A program made the translations under genes and the position numbers. Below are positions 44,881 to 54,666 of a stretch of 64,000 nucleotides of DNA, piece after piece (positions within the stretch are counted from its first letter, which is position 1; every line of letters starts with the position of its first letter). A model generated the notes under the pieces. It was not told where the DNA came from and did no database searches. It worked only from the letters and a program-made list of their open reading frames with translations. The DNA comes from Candidatus Aenigmatarchaeota archaeon (GTDB lineage Archaea > Aenigmatarchaeota > Aenigmatarchaeia > QMZS01). The stretch lies in NCBI GenBank assembly GCA_023134135.1, contig JAGLVB010000003.1, positions 98,218 through 162,217 on the forward strand. Reading direction: 5' to 3'.

Positions 44881-46608
44881 TCACTTTTTTAAAATTTCCC
44901 CTTTCCCATAAGGCACCACTTTCAGGAATTCATCCAGATTAATTTGTTTAATTTTCTCAACATCTTCTTTTTTTGCTTTTTCAAAGATTTTTAATTTGAT
45001 TAATTCTCCGAGTTCTTTTCCTTCTTTCCCCCCTGGAATCAAACCAACAAAATATTTTGCGTGTTTCTTGATTGATTCAAAAGGACCTTTTACAATTTCA
45101 AAATTATCATTAATACCAATATAAATGATTAATTCATTTCTCAGGAAATTCTTTTTACCGTAAATCATGAAAGATCCTTTTTTCACATGACCTTTACCGG
45201 TTTTTGAAACCTGATCCGGAGTCACCCAATAGACATCCGCGATTCCCAGTTTTGAAATCCAGAACCTTGAGTAGCACCCCACAAACTGCGCAGCTTCTTT
45301 GATTGCCTGTTCTGTGATTTTTTTTCCTTCGTTTCTGATGATTCCAAACGGAGAACCTATGATATGCGCGTGCAGGATAATATCATTTTTCTTGCAGTAT
45401 TTCTTGACCAGTTTCTCATTTGTGTCCGTGTCTTTTCCCGCGACAACAAGGAAATTGTCTGAGGTATGAAAATACCTGAAGTGTTCATACCATTGCAATT
45501 TAATATTTTGTTTTTTTGAAAATTTGCTTTCCTTAAGCTCAATTGGTTTTTCAATCAATAGTTCAATCCTTCTTATTTTCTCTCTCGCTTTCTTTGATTT
45601 TTTGTACAATTTATTTGTTTCTTCTTTCAAGTCAATGTTTATATTCAATTCTATTTTGTTCCCCTCAAGTTCAATAATTACAACGCCTTTTTTTTCAAGG
45701 ACATCTTTTATCGGAGTTATTATTTTTTTATTTTCTTTGTAAATCTTTATAGCATTTTCTACTTCTGATTTATGTTCAAAGAACAGGTCTGCCTGTTCCT
45801 TAAATTTTACAATTTCTCTTTTGTATTTTTCAAGAGTTTTTTTCTGGTTTTCCCGAATAAGTTCTGTTTTTGTTTTTCTTTCTTCTGAAAAAACTTCTTT
45901 GATTGCCAGAGAAAAACTTTCTTTTTTTTCAGACCTTAAGTTTTTCAAAGTATCCAATTCAAAAGGAGAAACAAAATATTCACTCGTCCTTTGGACGGTG
46001 CATCGTTGCTTCGCAACGAATGTAACATCATCTTTAAAATAAATCCGCGGGGAAATTTTTTTGTTTAATAATTCTTTCAGATTTTTATTTTTCAAGATTT
46101 CTTCAGTGTATATTTTTCCAATGTGAATTTTTTTCAGCAATTCTTCATCTTTTGTTTCAAGATAATTTTCAATATTTTCGCTTTCTATTTCAATGTATTT
46201 TTCTCCAACCCTGATTTTCCGGTCTTTGAATTCCCTCTGGAAAAGACACCCTGCTATTTTTCCTTCCTGACAAAGGATTATATTCCCTCTTCCAATGAAC
46301 TCAAGAATTACCTGATAATCAGAAAAATCCAGAACAAGGATTTTGTTGAATTTATCCTGTTCAATCTTAATTAATGTTTTCCCTTTTAGCCTTTCTGATA
46401 GGAAATTAATAAATCCTTTGGTTTCTTTTTCTTTGGGTTTTTCCGGGTCAAGATAACAAAAGTTTTTTCCCGCGACAAGGGAAAATATTCCTTTTTTTGG
46501 CTTGAATTCAAAAACAATGTTTTCTGATTTATAAATTCTCTTTAATTTGCATCTTTCAAGAATTCTTAGTTCTTTTACCAAATAATGAAAATCCAAAGGA
46601 GTTAACAT
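44881..46608 (-). CDS. NFACT-family protein (Rqc2/FbpA homolog, DUF814)
   Basis: The N-terminal NFACT-N-like region (LTPLDFHYLVKEL...), central coiled coil and C-terminal DIILHAHIIGSPFGIIR... fit the DUF814 pattern. Confidence 0.7.
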   Translation of the reverse strand: MLTPLDFHYLVKELRILERCKLKRIYKSENIVFEFKPKKGIFSLVAGKNFCYLDPEKPKEKETKGFINFLSERLKGKTLIKIEQDKFNKILVLDFSDYQVILEFIGRGNIILCQEGKIAGCLFQREFKDRKIRVGEKYIEIESENIENYLETKDEELLKKIHIGKIYTEEILKNKNLKELLNKKISPRIYFKDDVTFVAKQRCTVQRTSEYFVSPFELDTLKNLRSEKKESFSLAIKEVFSEERKTKTELIRENQKKTLEKYKREIVKFKEQADLFFEHKSEVENAIKIYKENKKIITPIKDVLEKKGVVIIELEGNKIELNINIDLKEETNKLYKKSKKAREKIRRIELLIEKPIELKESKFSKKQNIKLQWYEHFRYFHTSDNFLVVAGKDTDTNEKLVKKYCKKNDIILHAHIIGSPFGIIRNEGKKITEQAIKEAAQFVGCYSRFWISKLGIADVYWVTPDQVSKTGKGHVKKGSFMIYGKKNFLRNELIIYIGINDNFEIVKGPFESIKKHAKYFVGLIPGGKEGKELGELIKLKIFEKAKKEDVEKIKQINLDEFLKVVPYGKGEILKK

Positions 46609-46622
46609 AAAATTAGATGTAA

Positions 46623-47165
46623 TTATTTTTGATATTGCGCAGGGCTGTTTATAAGATTAAAAAGATATGCCGTAGTTTCACTGTCAGGTACATATAATAC
46701 AAAATCCGCGTCTGTATAAATAGTTGATTCAAGAGAAGCAAGATCATTAATATAATTAATAGTGTTATCATCAGTATATTTTGTTTCACTTAATCTATCT
46801 GGCTTATTATTGAGCAATATCGACTTTATAACCTCCATTGAATTTCTTAACTGGGATTCAGACAGGAATATCCTATAATTATCAAATTGGTGTCTCAAAT
46901 CTTGTTCAATCAATTGTTTATTTAAATTATTATATCTTAAATCAGATGGATCAAAACCATCATACGGAGTTTCTTTTAATGCTTCTCTTTCGGATTTCAA
47001 TTTATTTTTTACACTGTCAAGAACTCTCTGTAAATTAATAATTTTTTCACCTATAAAATTATAATTTTCGTCAAGTTGTCTTTCATCTTCTATTTCCCGA
47101 TAAGGTTCAACTATTACCCCAGGTTCTCCGCCAAAGGTACCTAAATCAAAACTTCTCTTTAACAT
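46623..47165 (-). CDS. Hypothetical protein
   Basis: 180-aa ORF. Confidence 0.4.
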   Translation of the reverse strand: MLKRSFDLGTFGGEPGVIVEPYREIEDERQLDENYNFIGEKIINLQRVLDSVKNKLKSEREALKETPYDGFDPSDLRYNNLNKQLIEQDLRHQFDNYRIFLSESQLRNSMEVIKSILLNNKPDRLSETKYTDDNTINYINDLASLESTIYTDADFVLYVPDSETTAYLFNLINSPAQYQK

Positions 47166-47225
47166 TTATGAAATAGTGATAAAATTTTAAATAGATTGTA
47201 AATCAAAAATATTTGAAAATTTCAA

Positions 47226-47441
47226 TTATTCCTTTTTCTCAATAGTTGAGAAACAAGTTCCGCAATAATACACTGTTTTCCCCTCAAGTTTCCTTTCTCC
47301 AAGAAATACCCCAGGACCGCATTTTTGGCAAAATTCCCGGTTTCTGACGATTTTGTCCCCTTCAATTTTGTATTTCTCGTATTTTTTTGATACTCTGTGT
47401 TTGCTCTTTGATTTTGCTCTCTTCCCTTTTTTGTCTGCCAT
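47226..47441 (-). CDS. rps27ae: 30S ribosomal protein S27ae (eS31)
   Basis: Basic N-terminus plus a CQKCGPG...YYCGTC zinc ribbon; 71 aa. Confidence 0.85.
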   Translation of the reverse strand: MADKKGKRAKSKSKHRVSKKYEKYKIEGDKIVRNREFCQKCGPGVFLGERKLEGKTVYYCGTCFSTIEKKE

Positions 47442-47517
47442 AATCTACACTAAAAATAAGAAATAAAAGCACCCAAGCCATAAATTTTGGATTAATTATA
47501 CATAAATAAGTTTAATT

Positions 47518-49101
47518 ATGAAGGGTCTGAGTATTGCTTATATGATGATGGGTGCCACTATATTAATAGCGGGTCTATATGTGATTTTGATGGGTTCTGT
47601 AGGGGAGACTCCTATTTATTATCATACTCTTCCTGAAATACAGTTTTCTGAATTGCTTACTTCTTTCCTGCATGCTGAGACAAACCTGCAAAGAGTTGTG
47701 GAAGAGGATTCTAACAGGCTTTTTGAGAATATGCAGGAGACCCCTATATTATGGAATAATTCCTGGAATTCTTATGGGGATTTCATGGGGCTTTTTGAAG
47801 AGAGATTTGGAGATGCAGTAAGTGATTATTTTGCTTCTGTTTATATTTTAGAGAGCGCAAATGTGAATTCTTCAATACTGGATGCTTCTGGAGAAGGCAG
47901 CAATCTGTATTATAATCCCGGAACTGGATCTGGAACTGAAACCCTGATCTGGGAATATATTTATAAAATTCAGTTAACGAGCAAGATGTTTGGCGCAGAA
48001 ATAGCAAATGAGATTAATACAGTAAGAAGCGGGGAAATTGAGTTTGAGTTTTTAAATCTGGAAGAGGTTTATGCTTGTGCACATGATTTTTTTAATGCGG
48101 GTCTGGTGTACAAGTTTCAGGAGTGCAGTTCTTCAGAGCTTACTAATGGGCTGGTGAATAAGTTTTTAAGCAACCTACCTACCTCCTGCGACGGATTTGA
48201 TGTTTCAGTAAAAGCTCCTGTTTTTTGCGGAGTATATAATTGCAAGTGCGATAGCATGGAACCTGTTAAGAGAACTTTGGTTCTTGGCAAAGAAGGAAAA
48301 GGAAGTATGGCTTTTACCTCAGAATTTAGTGATTTTGAATGCGGCGAACCTGAGAACACCTGCAAAACAGGAATGGATTGTCCTGATGATGATTGCGTTA
48401 ATGGATTTTGCGGCAAGTGTTATGCGAATAAATTAGCTTGTTCGTCAGATGACACTCCGTTTTCTTCAGGTTTACGAGAATGTTCTAAAGTAATAGGAGG
48501 AGTGAATAAATATGAATGCTTGCAGAGCCTTAAGTCAGGAGTTGATTTTAAAATATATTTGAAGGTGGATGAAGATTTATTTGAGCATTCAGGTCTTGAA
48601 CCAATAATATTAAACTGCGGGAAACAACCAAAAACTTTAATACTGGAAGGAATTTCGGATTATTTTTTTGAATTTAATGGAGTTAATGTTGGCGCAGGAG
48701 AACTGGATTTATGCGATGCTTCAAAAGTTCCAAGAGTGAGCGGCAGATTAACAATTTATGATAATTCCGGGAGCGCTGTTCGTTCAATAGGCGATATATA
48801 TATTAGTTTTGCAATATCAGATGCAATAAATGATTTGAATGGGGAGAGTTTTGTTTATTATTTTAATTCTATGGATTGCGCTGAATTTAAAACAAACACA
48901 AGAGATTTAATTTCAAAAAAGATAGAGGATACAGGGATTGAAGGATATACCTGGAGTATTTATCTGCCTGATTGCAACACCAACCCGGCGACATGGTATG
49001 GTGAACAATATGATATATTCACTATCTATTTTGTTGAAGAGGAATCCGGTGAAGCCGCCGCAACAGCAAGTTATATTATAGAGTATAAAGCAGAGGTATA
49101 A
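47518..49101 (+). CDS. Large Cys-rich extracellular/surface protein with N-terminal hydrophobic anchor
   Basis: N-terminal IAYMMMGATILIAGLYVILMG. Many Cys are clustered between residues ~190-330 (e.g. CKTGMDCPDDDCVNGFCGKC). Confidence 0.5.
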   Translation: MKGLSIAYMMMGATILIAGLYVILMGSVGETPIYYHTLPEIQFSELLTSFLHAETNLQRVVEEDSNRLFENMQETPILWNNSWNSYGDFMGLFEERFGDAVSDYFASVYILESANVNSSILDASGEGSNLYYNPGTGSGTETLIWEYIYKIQLTSKMFGAEIANEINTVRSGEIEFEFLNLEEVYACAHDFFNAGLVYKFQECSSSELTNGLVNKFLSNLPTSCDGFDVSVKAPVFCGVYNCKCDSMEPVKRTLVLGKEGKGSMAFTSEFSDFECGEPENTCKTGMDCPDDDCVNGFCGKCYANKLACSSDDTPFSSGLRECSKVIGGVNKYECLQSLKSGVDFKIYLKVDEDLFEHSGLEPIILNCGKQPKTLILEGISDYFFEFNGVNVGAGELDLCDASKVPRVSGRLTIYDNSGSAVRSIGDIYISFAISDAINDLNGESFVYYFNSMDCAEFKTNTRDLISKKIEDTGIEGYTWSIYLPDCNTNPATWYGEQYDIFTIYFVEEESGEAAATASYIIEYKAEV

Positions 49102-49103
49102 TT

Positions 49104-49256
49104 ATGGAGTTGCCAACACAAAAGATTATAGGAATAATTCTTTTTCTGATAGTGCTTTTCCTGATTATTTACGGGGTAATTTATAGCGGCATACTCCCAG
49201 GTTTTGGAAATATCTCAAATATTCTTGGAGAATGGTTTGGTAAATTATTCAGTTAG
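49104..49256 (+). CDS. Small single-pass membrane protein (50 aa, below track cutoff)
   Basis: Hand-translated: MELPTQKIIGIILFLIVLFLIIYGVIYSGILPGFGNISNILGEWFGKLFS*. It starts 2 nt after the upstream stop. Confidence 0.35.
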   Translation: MELPTQKIIGIILFLIVLFLIIYGVIYSGILPGFGNISNILGEWFGKLFS

Positions 49257-49263
49257 GTTTAAA

Positions 49264-49794
49264 TTAATATCTAATCACATTTACATTTTCATAATTATCT
49301 CTCAGGTATTTAATCAACTCTTCATCGCTTAATCCCCCATCAGTATGGAAATTAATTTTATTCCCATTAGGTTCGGGCAAGTGGTTTTTAATAATATCCA
49401 CTTTTGTATAATCTTTCAATATCTCCCCTGTAAATTTACCCCCTACAATTTCAGGTACTATTGTTGAATAAACACCTTCGCAATTGCGGAGTTCAGGAGG
49501 AATTAATTCTTTTACAAAAGGATTGTCTGAAATTATATATACCTGATTTTTGTTTTTCAAATATTCAATTAATTCTTTTCTGTATTTTAGATTTTCTTTT
49601 ACCAGGGATAAATATTTTTCCACCCCGCCATTATTTTTCATATATTTCATATATTTGAATATGACTGTTTTTGGGTCTCCTTCAAGAGATATTCCAGGTA
49701 AATTTCTATACACTTCAAAACTATTTGTAGTAATAGTCCCGTCACAATCAGTAATGTTAGTAATGGACATTAAACAAGTATTATTAAAGAACAT
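49264..49794 (-). CDS. HAD-superfamily hydrolase-like protein
   Basis: ITDCDGTIT fits the DxDGT motif I. The start may be the second ATG (MSITNI..., 49770). Confidence 0.5.
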   Translation of the reverse strand: MFFNNTCLMSITNITDCDGTITTNSFEVYRNLPGISLEGDPKTVIFKYMKYMKNNGGVEKYLSLVKENLKYRKELIEYLKNKNQVYIISDNPFVKELIPPELRNCEGVYSTIVPEIVGGKFTGEILKDYTKVDIIKNHLPEPNGNKINFHTDGGLSDEELIKYLRDNYENVNVIRY

Positions 49795-49807
49795 ATTATT
49801 GTCGAAC

Positions 49808-52099
49808 TCAGTTTCGACGATTGCTTTTCTCTAATTTTGCCACCCTGAGCTTTGTTTCAAGGAAAACATCGGGATTTACTGAAATAGTGTCTATTTTATT
49901 CTCAAGCAGGAATTTTGTGTATTCCGGGTATTTTGAAGGAGCCTGACCGCAAATTCCAACAGGCTTTTTGTTTTTATGTGCGATTTTTATTAGTTCCCTG
50001 ATTAATTTTTTTACTGATTCATTTCTTTCATCAAAATTCAGGGTTGAATTATCCCTGTCCATTCCAAGAGTTAACTGGGTTAAATCATTTGAACCAATCG
50101 AGAACCCGTCAAATAATTTTGAGAATTCTTCTGCAAGAAGAATATTGGATGGAATTTCCGCCATCACATAAACTTTCATCTTATTGCCTGCTTTTTTCAA
50201 TTTTGATTCAGTCAATATTTTCAAAACCTCTTTTGCTTCTTCAATTGTTCTGCAGAAAGGAACCATAACATCAACATTGGTTAATTTCATCTCTTCCCTG
50301 ACTTTTCTAAGTGCTTTGCATTCGAGAAGGAAAGCCGGTTTGAAACTAGGATCTATGTATCTTGATGCGCCCCTGAAACCAAGCATTGGATTATTTTCAA
50401 CAGGCTCATATTTCTTGCCGCCTTTCAGGTTCCTGTATTCATTTGTTTTGAAGTCGGATAATCTTACAATTATCTGGTTTGGGTAAACTGCCGCCGCCAG
50501 CATCCCTATTCCTTCGGCTAATTTATCTGTATAAAATTCCTGCTGTTTTGTTTCTATTGCGTAAAGCGGGTGCATGTTTATCCAGTCATTTATTATATAT
50601 TCTATTCTTGCAAGACCAATCCCGTCAGGTTGGAAATGAGTAAGGTCAAATGCTTCTTCAGGGGTTCCAAGAATAAACATAACTTTTGTTTTTGTTTTTG
50701 GAATTTTGTCAACCCTGATTTTTTTAATCTCATAATCAAGTCTTCCATTCCATATAATTCCTCTTGAACTCGCGCAGTCTATTGTAATTATCTGCCCGTT
50801 TTTTAATCTGCTCATTGCGCCTTTCGCTCCCACAATACACGGAACTCCAAGTTCTCTTGATACAATTGACGCGTGGCTTGTGCTCCCTCCCTGTTCAGTG
50901 ATTATTCCTGAAGCGATTTTCATTATTGGCTCCCAGTCTGGGTTGGTTTGTTTTGCAACCAGCACTTCGCCTTTTTTGAATTTTTCTATCTGGTTTATGT
51001 TTTTTATGATGTGAATCTTCCCTGAACCAATTTTCCTTCCAACCGCAATACCTTCAAGCAGTTTTTTGCTTTGTTTTAATAAAATATATTTTTCAATTTC
51101 ATTTTTCTTTGCGTGGATTGTTTCAGGTCTTGCCTGCACAATATACAGTTTTTTATCCTGACCGTCTTTTGCAAATTCAATATCCATTGGTTTTTTGTAG
51201 TGTTCTTCAATTTTAATCGCATACCCCGCAAGTTCTTCAAGTTCATTATCAGTTAGGAAATATTTGTTCCTGTCTTTTAATTCAACTTTATCCTGTTTTG
51301 TTCCTGTTTTAGAATATACTAATTTAATTTTTTTATCCCTGTGTTCCTTTTTAATTATTTTTCCGGTTGGCTTGAATACATAAAATGAATCAGGGTTTAC
51401 AATTCCTTTTACAATATATTCCCCTAATCCATAACTTCCTTCTATGCACACAACATTCCTGAATCCTGTGTTTGGGTCAAGGGTGAACATCACTCCCGAA
51501 CCGGCAAGGTCGCTTCTAACCATTTTCTGGATTCCTATAGATAATTTTACTGAAAATTGGTCAAACCCTTTATCTTTCCTGTAAGAGATAGCCCGGTCTG
51601 TAAACAATGAAGAATAGCATAGTAGGACTGATTTTAACAGTTCTTTATAACCCTTTACATTTAGATAGGATTCCTGCTGTCCGGCAAAACTCGCATCAGG
51701 AAGGTCTTCTGCTGTTGCGGAACTTCTTACTGCAACTCCAATCTTTTTTCCGTATTCTTTGCAGAGTTTTTTATAACTTTTTAAAATATCAATTTCAAGT
51801 TTCTCGGGGATTTTTGATTTAAGAATTAAATCTCTTATTTGTTTTCCTTTTATTCTAAGATTTTTTATATTGTGGGTGTCTAAATCGGAAAGAATGTGCT
51901 TTATTTTGTTGTCAAGTTTATTTTCTTTGATAAAATAATCATAAGCTCCTGATGTAAGTGCAAAACCATTCGGGACTCTTATGCCTTTTGTTTTTAACTG
52001 GGAATACATTTCTCCAAGTGAAGCGTTTTTTCCGCCTACTTTAGGAATATCTTTGTATCGGATTTTAGAAAAGAAAAGCACTGATTCCATAATATGCAT
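49808..52099 (-). CDS. ppsA: Phosphoenolpyruvate synthase
   Basis: VGGKNASLGEMY, GGSTSHASIVSRELGVPCIVG (phospho-His region) and C-terminal ...FSIGSNDLTQL; 763 aa. Confidence 0.92.
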   Translation of the reverse strand: MHIMESVLFFSKIRYKDIPKVGGKNASLGEMYSQLKTKGIRVPNGFALTSGAYDYFIKENKLDNKIKHILSDLDTHNIKNLRIKGKQIRDLILKSKIPEKLEIDILKSYKKLCKEYGKKIGVAVRSSATAEDLPDASFAGQQESYLNVKGYKELLKSVLLCYSSLFTDRAISYRKDKGFDQFSVKLSIGIQKMVRSDLAGSGVMFTLDPNTGFRNVVCIEGSYGLGEYIVKGIVNPDSFYVFKPTGKIIKKEHRDKKIKLVYSKTGTKQDKVELKDRNKYFLTDNELEELAGYAIKIEEHYKKPMDIEFAKDGQDKKLYIVQARPETIHAKKNEIEKYILLKQSKKLLEGIAVGRKIGSGKIHIIKNINQIEKFKKGEVLVAKQTNPDWEPIMKIASGIITEQGGSTSHASIVSRELGVPCIVGAKGAMSRLKNGQIITIDCASSRGIIWNGRLDYEIKKIRVDKIPKTKTKVMFILGTPEEAFDLTHFQPDGIGLARIEYIINDWINMHPLYAIETKQQEFYTDKLAEGIGMLAAAVYPNQIIVRLSDFKTNEYRNLKGGKKYEPVENNPMLGFRGASRYIDPSFKPAFLLECKALRKVREEMKLTNVDVMVPFCRTIEEAKEVLKILTESKLKKAGNKMKVYVMAEIPSNILLAEEFSKLFDGFSIGSNDLTQLTLGMDRDNSTLNFDERNESVKKLIRELIKIAHKNKKPVGICGQAPSKYPEYTKFLLENKIDTISVNPDVFLETKLRVAKLEKSNRRN

Positions 52100-52103
52100 T
52101 TGT

Positions 52104-53192
52104 TTATTTAATTAACTTATCCAGTCTTTTGAACCCATTTCTAAAGTCGTTGATATCAAATATCTGGATGTCCTTAAGGTCAGGATATTTCTCAAGATTT
52201 TTGCAGAATGGTCTTCTATATCCTGTTGAGAAAATAAATTTTTTTGTTTTTATTCCATATATTTTTTCAACAAGCGATGCTTTGCCATAAAATTTTACCA
52301 AGTGGTCTTCTGTTATGTTGTGGCTATTTTTGCATTCTATTAATACGAGTTCATCATTTTTTATCATTAGAGTTCCGTCAAGTTCCAAGTATCCGTCCAA
52401 TTTATAATTTCCTTTATTTTCCTTTTGTTTTTCAGGATTGACTAATACAATGGGATTTTTTGTGACTTTTTCTGAACCAAATTTTGAATTAACATAGTCT
52501 TCAAAAAAAGTATGGTATTGGAGACATGATAAAAAGTTCTGCAGGTTAGGGTGTTTGATTTCTCTCTTCTCCAAGTAGAGATAAGTTTTTTTGTCTGTGG
52601 CATATTTATCAAAATCGATTATTTTTAAAATTTTTATCATTGGTTTTATCAGGTGTTTGTCAAATTCAAATTTTCCTGAAATATATTTTTCTATTGAAAT
52701 TTTATAGTATTTTGAAATTGAACTGTAGCAATTTAAATCAGGATTCTCATTTGCGTTTGTTTTGTCGTGATTTGAAATAAACCCAAATAGTTTTATTTTG
52801 CGAAGGTCGCGGTATTCTTCCTGATGATGGTCAAATATAATTGACCTCAAGGTTCTCAATTCATCGCAGCCTTTTTTTTCTTTTAACACCCATAAATAAA
52901 ATTGAGGTTCGCGGAGAATATTTAATAAATAATTCTGGAGGTCAACGCACAGAAGGTTGCGCAGTTCCGGAGAGTTGTTCATTTCTTTGATGATGTTTTC
53001 ATTTAATTCTTCCGGGAGTCTTATTCTTTCATGGCTTAACAAATGATTTGGAAGTGAATTGTAATCATTTTTTACCAAAAATAATTTTTTGTCATTTGTT
53101 AATTTCATTTCTTTTATTGGTTCCCTCAGTTCATCGCTCAAATTATTTATTTTGTTTTCTAAATGCTGGTAATTATCAGAACCTCCACCCAT
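52104..53192 (-). CDS. Hypothetical protein with C-terminal PD-(D/E)xK-like nuclease motif
   Basis: LDGYLELDGTLMIKNDELVLIECKNS has the D...ExK arrangement. The N-terminal ~270 aa were not recognised. A 3-nt gap separates it from the upstream Panacea-like gene. Confidence 0.45.
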   Translation of the reverse strand: MGGGSDNYQHLENKINNLSDELREPIKEMKLTNDKKLFLVKNDYNSLPNHLLSHERIRLPEELNENIIKEMNNSPELRNLLCVDLQNYLLNILREPQFYLWVLKEKKGCDELRTLRSIIFDHHQEEYRDLRKIKLFGFISNHDKTNANENPDLNCYSSISKYYKISIEKYISGKFEFDKHLIKPMIKILKIIDFDKYATDKKTYLYLEKREIKHPNLQNFLSCLQYHTFFEDYVNSKFGSEKVTKNPIVLVNPEKQKENKGNYKLDGYLELDGTLMIKNDELVLIECKNSHNITEDHLVKFYGKASLVEKIYGIKTKKFIFSTGYRRPFCKNLEKYPDLKDIQIFDINDFRNGFKRLDKLIK

Positions 53193-53195
53193 AGC

Positions 53196-53630
53196 TCACA
53201 TATACTTGGAGTATACATATCTGATAATATCGTTCATGGGTTTTTTGTTCCATTTCTTTACTGTTCCATTTATGACTTTCGAATCTGCTTCAAAATTATT
53301 CTTATTATCTTTCACGAACTTTTCCCCTTTTTTTGTTAATTGAAACAGGAATCTTTTGCCTGAGAATTCATTGTCTGTTGCAAACTCTTCTTTCTCAATG
53401 GTTAGGAATCCTTCTTTCTCCAGAGCATCTATATCTTTTGTAAGTTCAAAAGAGTAAGGACCATAATTGTATTTTATGAACTCAAATTCTTTGCTCAGTT
53501 TGTTTTCTTTTTGCGCGAGGAACATCATCTTCTGAAACTTGGTTTTCCCCTCAATCTTTTTCGCGTGTTTTAAAAACAGGAGAATCTGAGCAAGACCTTT
53601 TTTATTTCTGGCATTAGAAAGAGTTTCCAT
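53196..53630 (-). CDS. SocA/Panacea (DUF4065) or YwgA-like domain protein
   Basis: GKTKFQKMMFLAQKE...FIKYNYGPYSFELTKDIDALEKEGFL parallels the KLQKLLY...W-x-GP...Y pattern of DUF4065/YwgA. Confidence 0.5.
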   Translation of the reverse strand: METLSNARNKKGLAQILLFLKHAKKIEGKTKFQKMMFLAQKENKLSKEFEFIKYNYGPYSFELTKDIDALEKEGFLTIEKEEFATDNEFSGKRFLFQLTKKGEKFVKDNKNNFEADSKVINGTVKKWNKKPMNDIIRYVYSKYM

Positions 53631-53760
53631 AACTATAAGGTGTTTATAAGGTATTTATAGGTTATTTTGGATTTTTGTTGGTTTCATGGATAAAATAGAA
53701 AACTTAAACTAAAAAAATAGAGATGGAATAAACAGTTCTGAAATTTCTTGTTAAATTTAA

Positions 53761-53970
53761 TTATTCTCTGCCAAAAATACCCAGATTTAAATCCAAATTT
53801 CGTATATCTTCAAGACTAATAATTAAAGAATTACTTTCTTTTTTACATAAATAATACAATGATTTATCAGGAGTGATTATATTATGTTTATTTAAACTGG
53901 ATGACAAATAAATAGATAAGTCTGTAAAATCAAATTCTCCAAATTTAGGCAATTTTATTAAAGAATTCAA
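53761..53970 (-). CDS. Hypothetical small protein
   Basis: 69-aa ORF. Confidence 0.3.
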   Translation of the reverse strand: MNSLIKLPKFGEFDFTDLSIYLSSSLNKHNIITPDKSLYYLCKKESNSLIISLEDIRNLDLNLGIFGRE

Positions 53971-54164
53971 GTCAAAAAATAAAGATATTAAATTTTAGTT
54001 AATTTGGTTGGGGTTGAAATGGAATTAGAAGAAAAAACACAAAAAAAGTTGATTCTCAAATACCCCGTCACTCTGTGGCGGGGAACTTTATTTTCTTTTA
54101 GAAAATGATGCATCGTTTTCGGAGAAAACGCATGAACGGCACCCATTTTTGCATCGCAAAATGA

Positions 54165-54284
54165 ATGTTGCAAAAAGAAGGTTTTGGTGTTGACATTGAC
54201 CTTATTTGGGATATAGTAAAAAAGAATTTGCCAAATTTGAAGAAAACACTCGTCGTTCCGACGGTGCATTTATCCTCTGGATAA
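54165..54284 (+). pseudogene. Remnant of a HepT/DUF86 toxin C-terminus
   Basis: A 39-codon frame reads MLQKEGFGVDIDLIWDIVKKNLPNLKKTLVVPTVHLSSG*. VDxxxIWDIVKKNLPxLKKxL is the typical DUF86 C-terminal helix. There is no Rx4HxY region upstream. Confidence 0.5.
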
Positions 54285-54447
54285 TGCCCCTTTTTTCGAA
54301 GAAAAAAGAAGGCATCATTTCATTCATTCGAAAAAGCGAATGATGCATCTTTTTCCTTTCGAAAAAGAATGTTTCTTAAAAAATGAATGAGATTAAAAAG
54401 ATTTTGGAAGAAGAGATTTAAGTATCTCTTTAAAAAAGGATTTTATT

Positions 54448-54621
54448 ATGATTGAGATGATTATTAACAAGATTATTGGAATTTTGTTAATACTTTTTGG
54501 GTTGTTCATGGTTCTTAAATTCCCGCAACCCAGCGAGTATCAGCCAAAAGGGTTTTCTCTCCTTGGAATTTTGGTTGGTATTATTTCTCTTGGTGTTGGG
54601 GTATATTTGCTCTTTTCCTGA
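54448..54621 (+). CDS. Small two-TM membrane protein (57 aa, below track cutoff)
   Basis: Hand-translated: MIEMIINKIIGILLILFGLFMVLKFPQPSEYQPKGFSLLGILVGIISLGVGVYLLFS*. Confidence 0.35.
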   Translation: MIEMIINKIIGILLILFGLFMVLKFPQPSEYQPKGFSLLGILVGIISLGVGVYLLFS

Positions 54622-54666
54622 ACTTTCTGTAATTAATTATATTTATTAAAGGATAGTAACTAATAT

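Noticed and set aside
53988-54269. Track ORF (93 aa, minus) across the hairpin-dense gap.
   Set aside because: It runs antisense through the palindromic hairpins and the HepT relic, and it has no family resemblance.
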